Shown one piece after another: positions 62,075 through 64,000 of a stretch of 64,000 nucleotides of DNA. A program made the position numbers and the translations under genes. Source of the stretch: Heterodontus francisci (taxonomy: Eukaryota); the NCBI RefSeq assembly GCF_036365525.1, contig NC_090380.1:76509784-76573783 (forward strand), given 5' to 3'. The notes under the pieces were generated by a model. The model had not been told where the DNA came from, searched no databases, and saw only the letters and a list, made by a program, of their open reading frames with translations. Each line of letters starts with the position of its first letter. Within the stretch, counting starts at the first letter, position 1.

Positions 62075-64000
62075 TTTTTTTTATTTGTTCATGAGATGTG
62101 GGCATCGCTGGCAAGGACAGCATTTATTGCCCATCCCTAATTGCTCTTGATAGGGTGGTGGTAAGCTGCTTTCTTGAACTGCTGCTGTCCTTGCAGTGTA
62201 GGTACACCACCGTACTGTAAGGTAGGGAGTTCCAGGATTTTGATCCGGTGACAGTGAAGGAACGACAACATATTTCCAAGCCAGAATATTGTGTGACTTG
62301 GAGGGGACATTTCAGGTGGTGGTATTCCCATGTGCCTGTTGCCCTTGTTCTTCTAGATGGTAGAGGTCGCAGCTTTGGAAGGTCTGTTGAAGGAATCTGG
62401 TGAGTTTCTGCTGTGCATCTTGTAGATGGTACACATTGCTGATACTGTGCGCTAATGGTGGAGGGAGTGAATGTTTAAGGTGATGGATGAGTGCCAATCA
62501 AGTGGGCAGCTTTGCCATGGATGGTTTCAAGCTTTTTGAGCATTGTTGGAGCTGCACTCATCCAGGCAAGTGGGGAGTATTCTATCATGCTCCTGACTTG
62601 TGCCTTGTAGATAGTGGACAGGCTTTGGGGCATCAGGAGGTGAATTACTTGCCATAGAATTTCTAGCCTATGACCTGCTTTTGTAGCCACAGAATTTATG
62701 TGGTTGCTGTAGTTAAGTTTCTGGTCAACAGTAACCCCCCACGATGTTGATAATTGGGGATTCAGCAATGGTAATGCCATTGACAGTGCAAGGGCGATGG
62801 TTACATTCTCTCTTGTGAAGATGACCATTGTCTGGCACTTCCGTGGCATGAATGTTACTTGCCCAAGTCTGAATGTTGTCCAGGTCTTGCTGCATGCAAG
62901 CATGGACTGCTTCATTAACTGTGGAGTTATGAATTGGACTGAACACTGCAATCATAAGTAAACGTCCTAATTTCTGACCTGATGAGGGAGGGAAGGTTAT
63001 TGATGAAGTAGTTGTAGATGGTTGGGCCAAGGACATTGCCTTGATGAACTTCAGCAATATCCTGGGCTGAGGATGATTGACCTCCAACAGCCGCAGTCAT
63101 CCTCCTTTGTGCTAGGTATGACTCCAAGCAGTGGAGAGTGCTCTGCTGATATTAGGGCACATTGATGCCACCCTCCGTTAAATGCTGCCTTGATATCAAG
63201 GGCAGTCACTCTCGCCTCACTTTGGAATTCAGCTCCTTTGTCTATGTTTGGGCCAAGGCTGTAATGAAGTCTGGAGCCAATTGATCCTGGCGGAACCCAA
63301 AGTAAGCATTGGTGAGCAGGTTATCGCTGAGTAAGTGCTGCTTGACAGCACTGTCAGTGACACCTTCTGTCACTTTGCTGATGATCGAGAGTAGACTGAT
63401 GGGATGGTAATTGGTCAGATTGGACTTGTCCTGCTTTTTGTGGATAGGACATACCTGGGCAGTTTTCCAGGTCGTTGGTTAAATGCCAGTGTTGCAGCTG
63501 TACTGCTATGGCTTGGCTAGGTGCACAGCAAGTTCATTAGCACAAGTCTTTAGTGCTACAGCCGAGATATTACTAGTGCCGATAGCCTTTGCTGTAGCCA
63601 GTGTGCTTAGCTGTTTATCTATCACGTGGAGTGAATTGAATTGGCTGAAAACTGGCATCTGTGATGCTGGGGACCTCAGGAAGAGGACAAGAAGGGTGTA
63701 TTCAGGTAATCAGGAGAACAGTGACAGGAGGAGCCCTCGAAGAAACATCCATGGCACGTCTGGCTGATAGTTGTAAATGTTTCAGCCTTATCTTTTGCAC
63801 TGATGTGCTGGGCTCTGCCATCATTGAGGATGGGGATGTTTGTGGAGCCTCCTAATCCTGTTATTTATTTAATTGTCCACCACCGCTCATGACTGAATGT
63901 GGCAGGACTGCAGAGCTTTGATCTGGTTGTGGGATCACTTAGTTCCGTCTATAGCATGCTGCATCTGCTGTTTAGCATGTTTGTAGTCCTGTGTTGTAGC
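62075..64000 (-). mobile_element. CR1 family B LINE, older copy, running off the window end
   Basis: QQDLDNIQTW, IYKAQVRS.IEYSPLAW, QGNVLGP; colinear with 1761-3552. Confidence 0.9.

Noticed and set aside
1-64000. CRISPR arrays, operons, rRNA or prokaryotic defence systems
   Set aside because: Spliced vertebrate genes and retrotransposons throughout; no repeat-spacer array or rRNA-like sequence seen.

Overview
Eukaryotic, repeat-rich vertebrate genomic DNA. The transposon repertoire (HE1-type V-SINEs, Deu-domain SINEs, abundant CR1/L2 LINEs) points to a cartilaginous fish (shark-like); this taxon call is inference. The window holds a complete 8-exon RABL3 gene on the minus strand (CDS 56866->28610, 714 nt, 237 aa, all introns GT-AG) and coding exons 1-2 of HGD further downstream on the same strand. 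A CpG-rich bidirectional promoter at about 57 kb carries a divergent non-coding first exon, expected by synteny to be GTF2E1, whose coding exons I cannot find here. Most of the rest is nested mobile DNA: CR1, L2 and RTE LINEs, SINEs, PIF/Harbinger-type MITEs, Penelope terminal fragments and a solo LTR. Almost all long ORFs in the supplied track are LINE debris or antisense artefacts. I cannot demonstrate a new biological system. The best leads are: (1) a correctly phased U_UUA_AAC -1 slippery site joining CR1 ORF1 to an ATG-less ORF2; (2) hammerhead-ribozyme cores in Penelope-derived fragments; (3) inverted SINEs bracketing RABL3 exons 4-7 (circRNA candidate); (4) an unclassified 377-bp insertion with a long TSD; (5) exon-like but frame-broken segments downstream of the divergent promoter. 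Exon coordinates were read base by base; most repeat boundaries are approximate, and comparisons with human proteins or repeat consensi are from memory.
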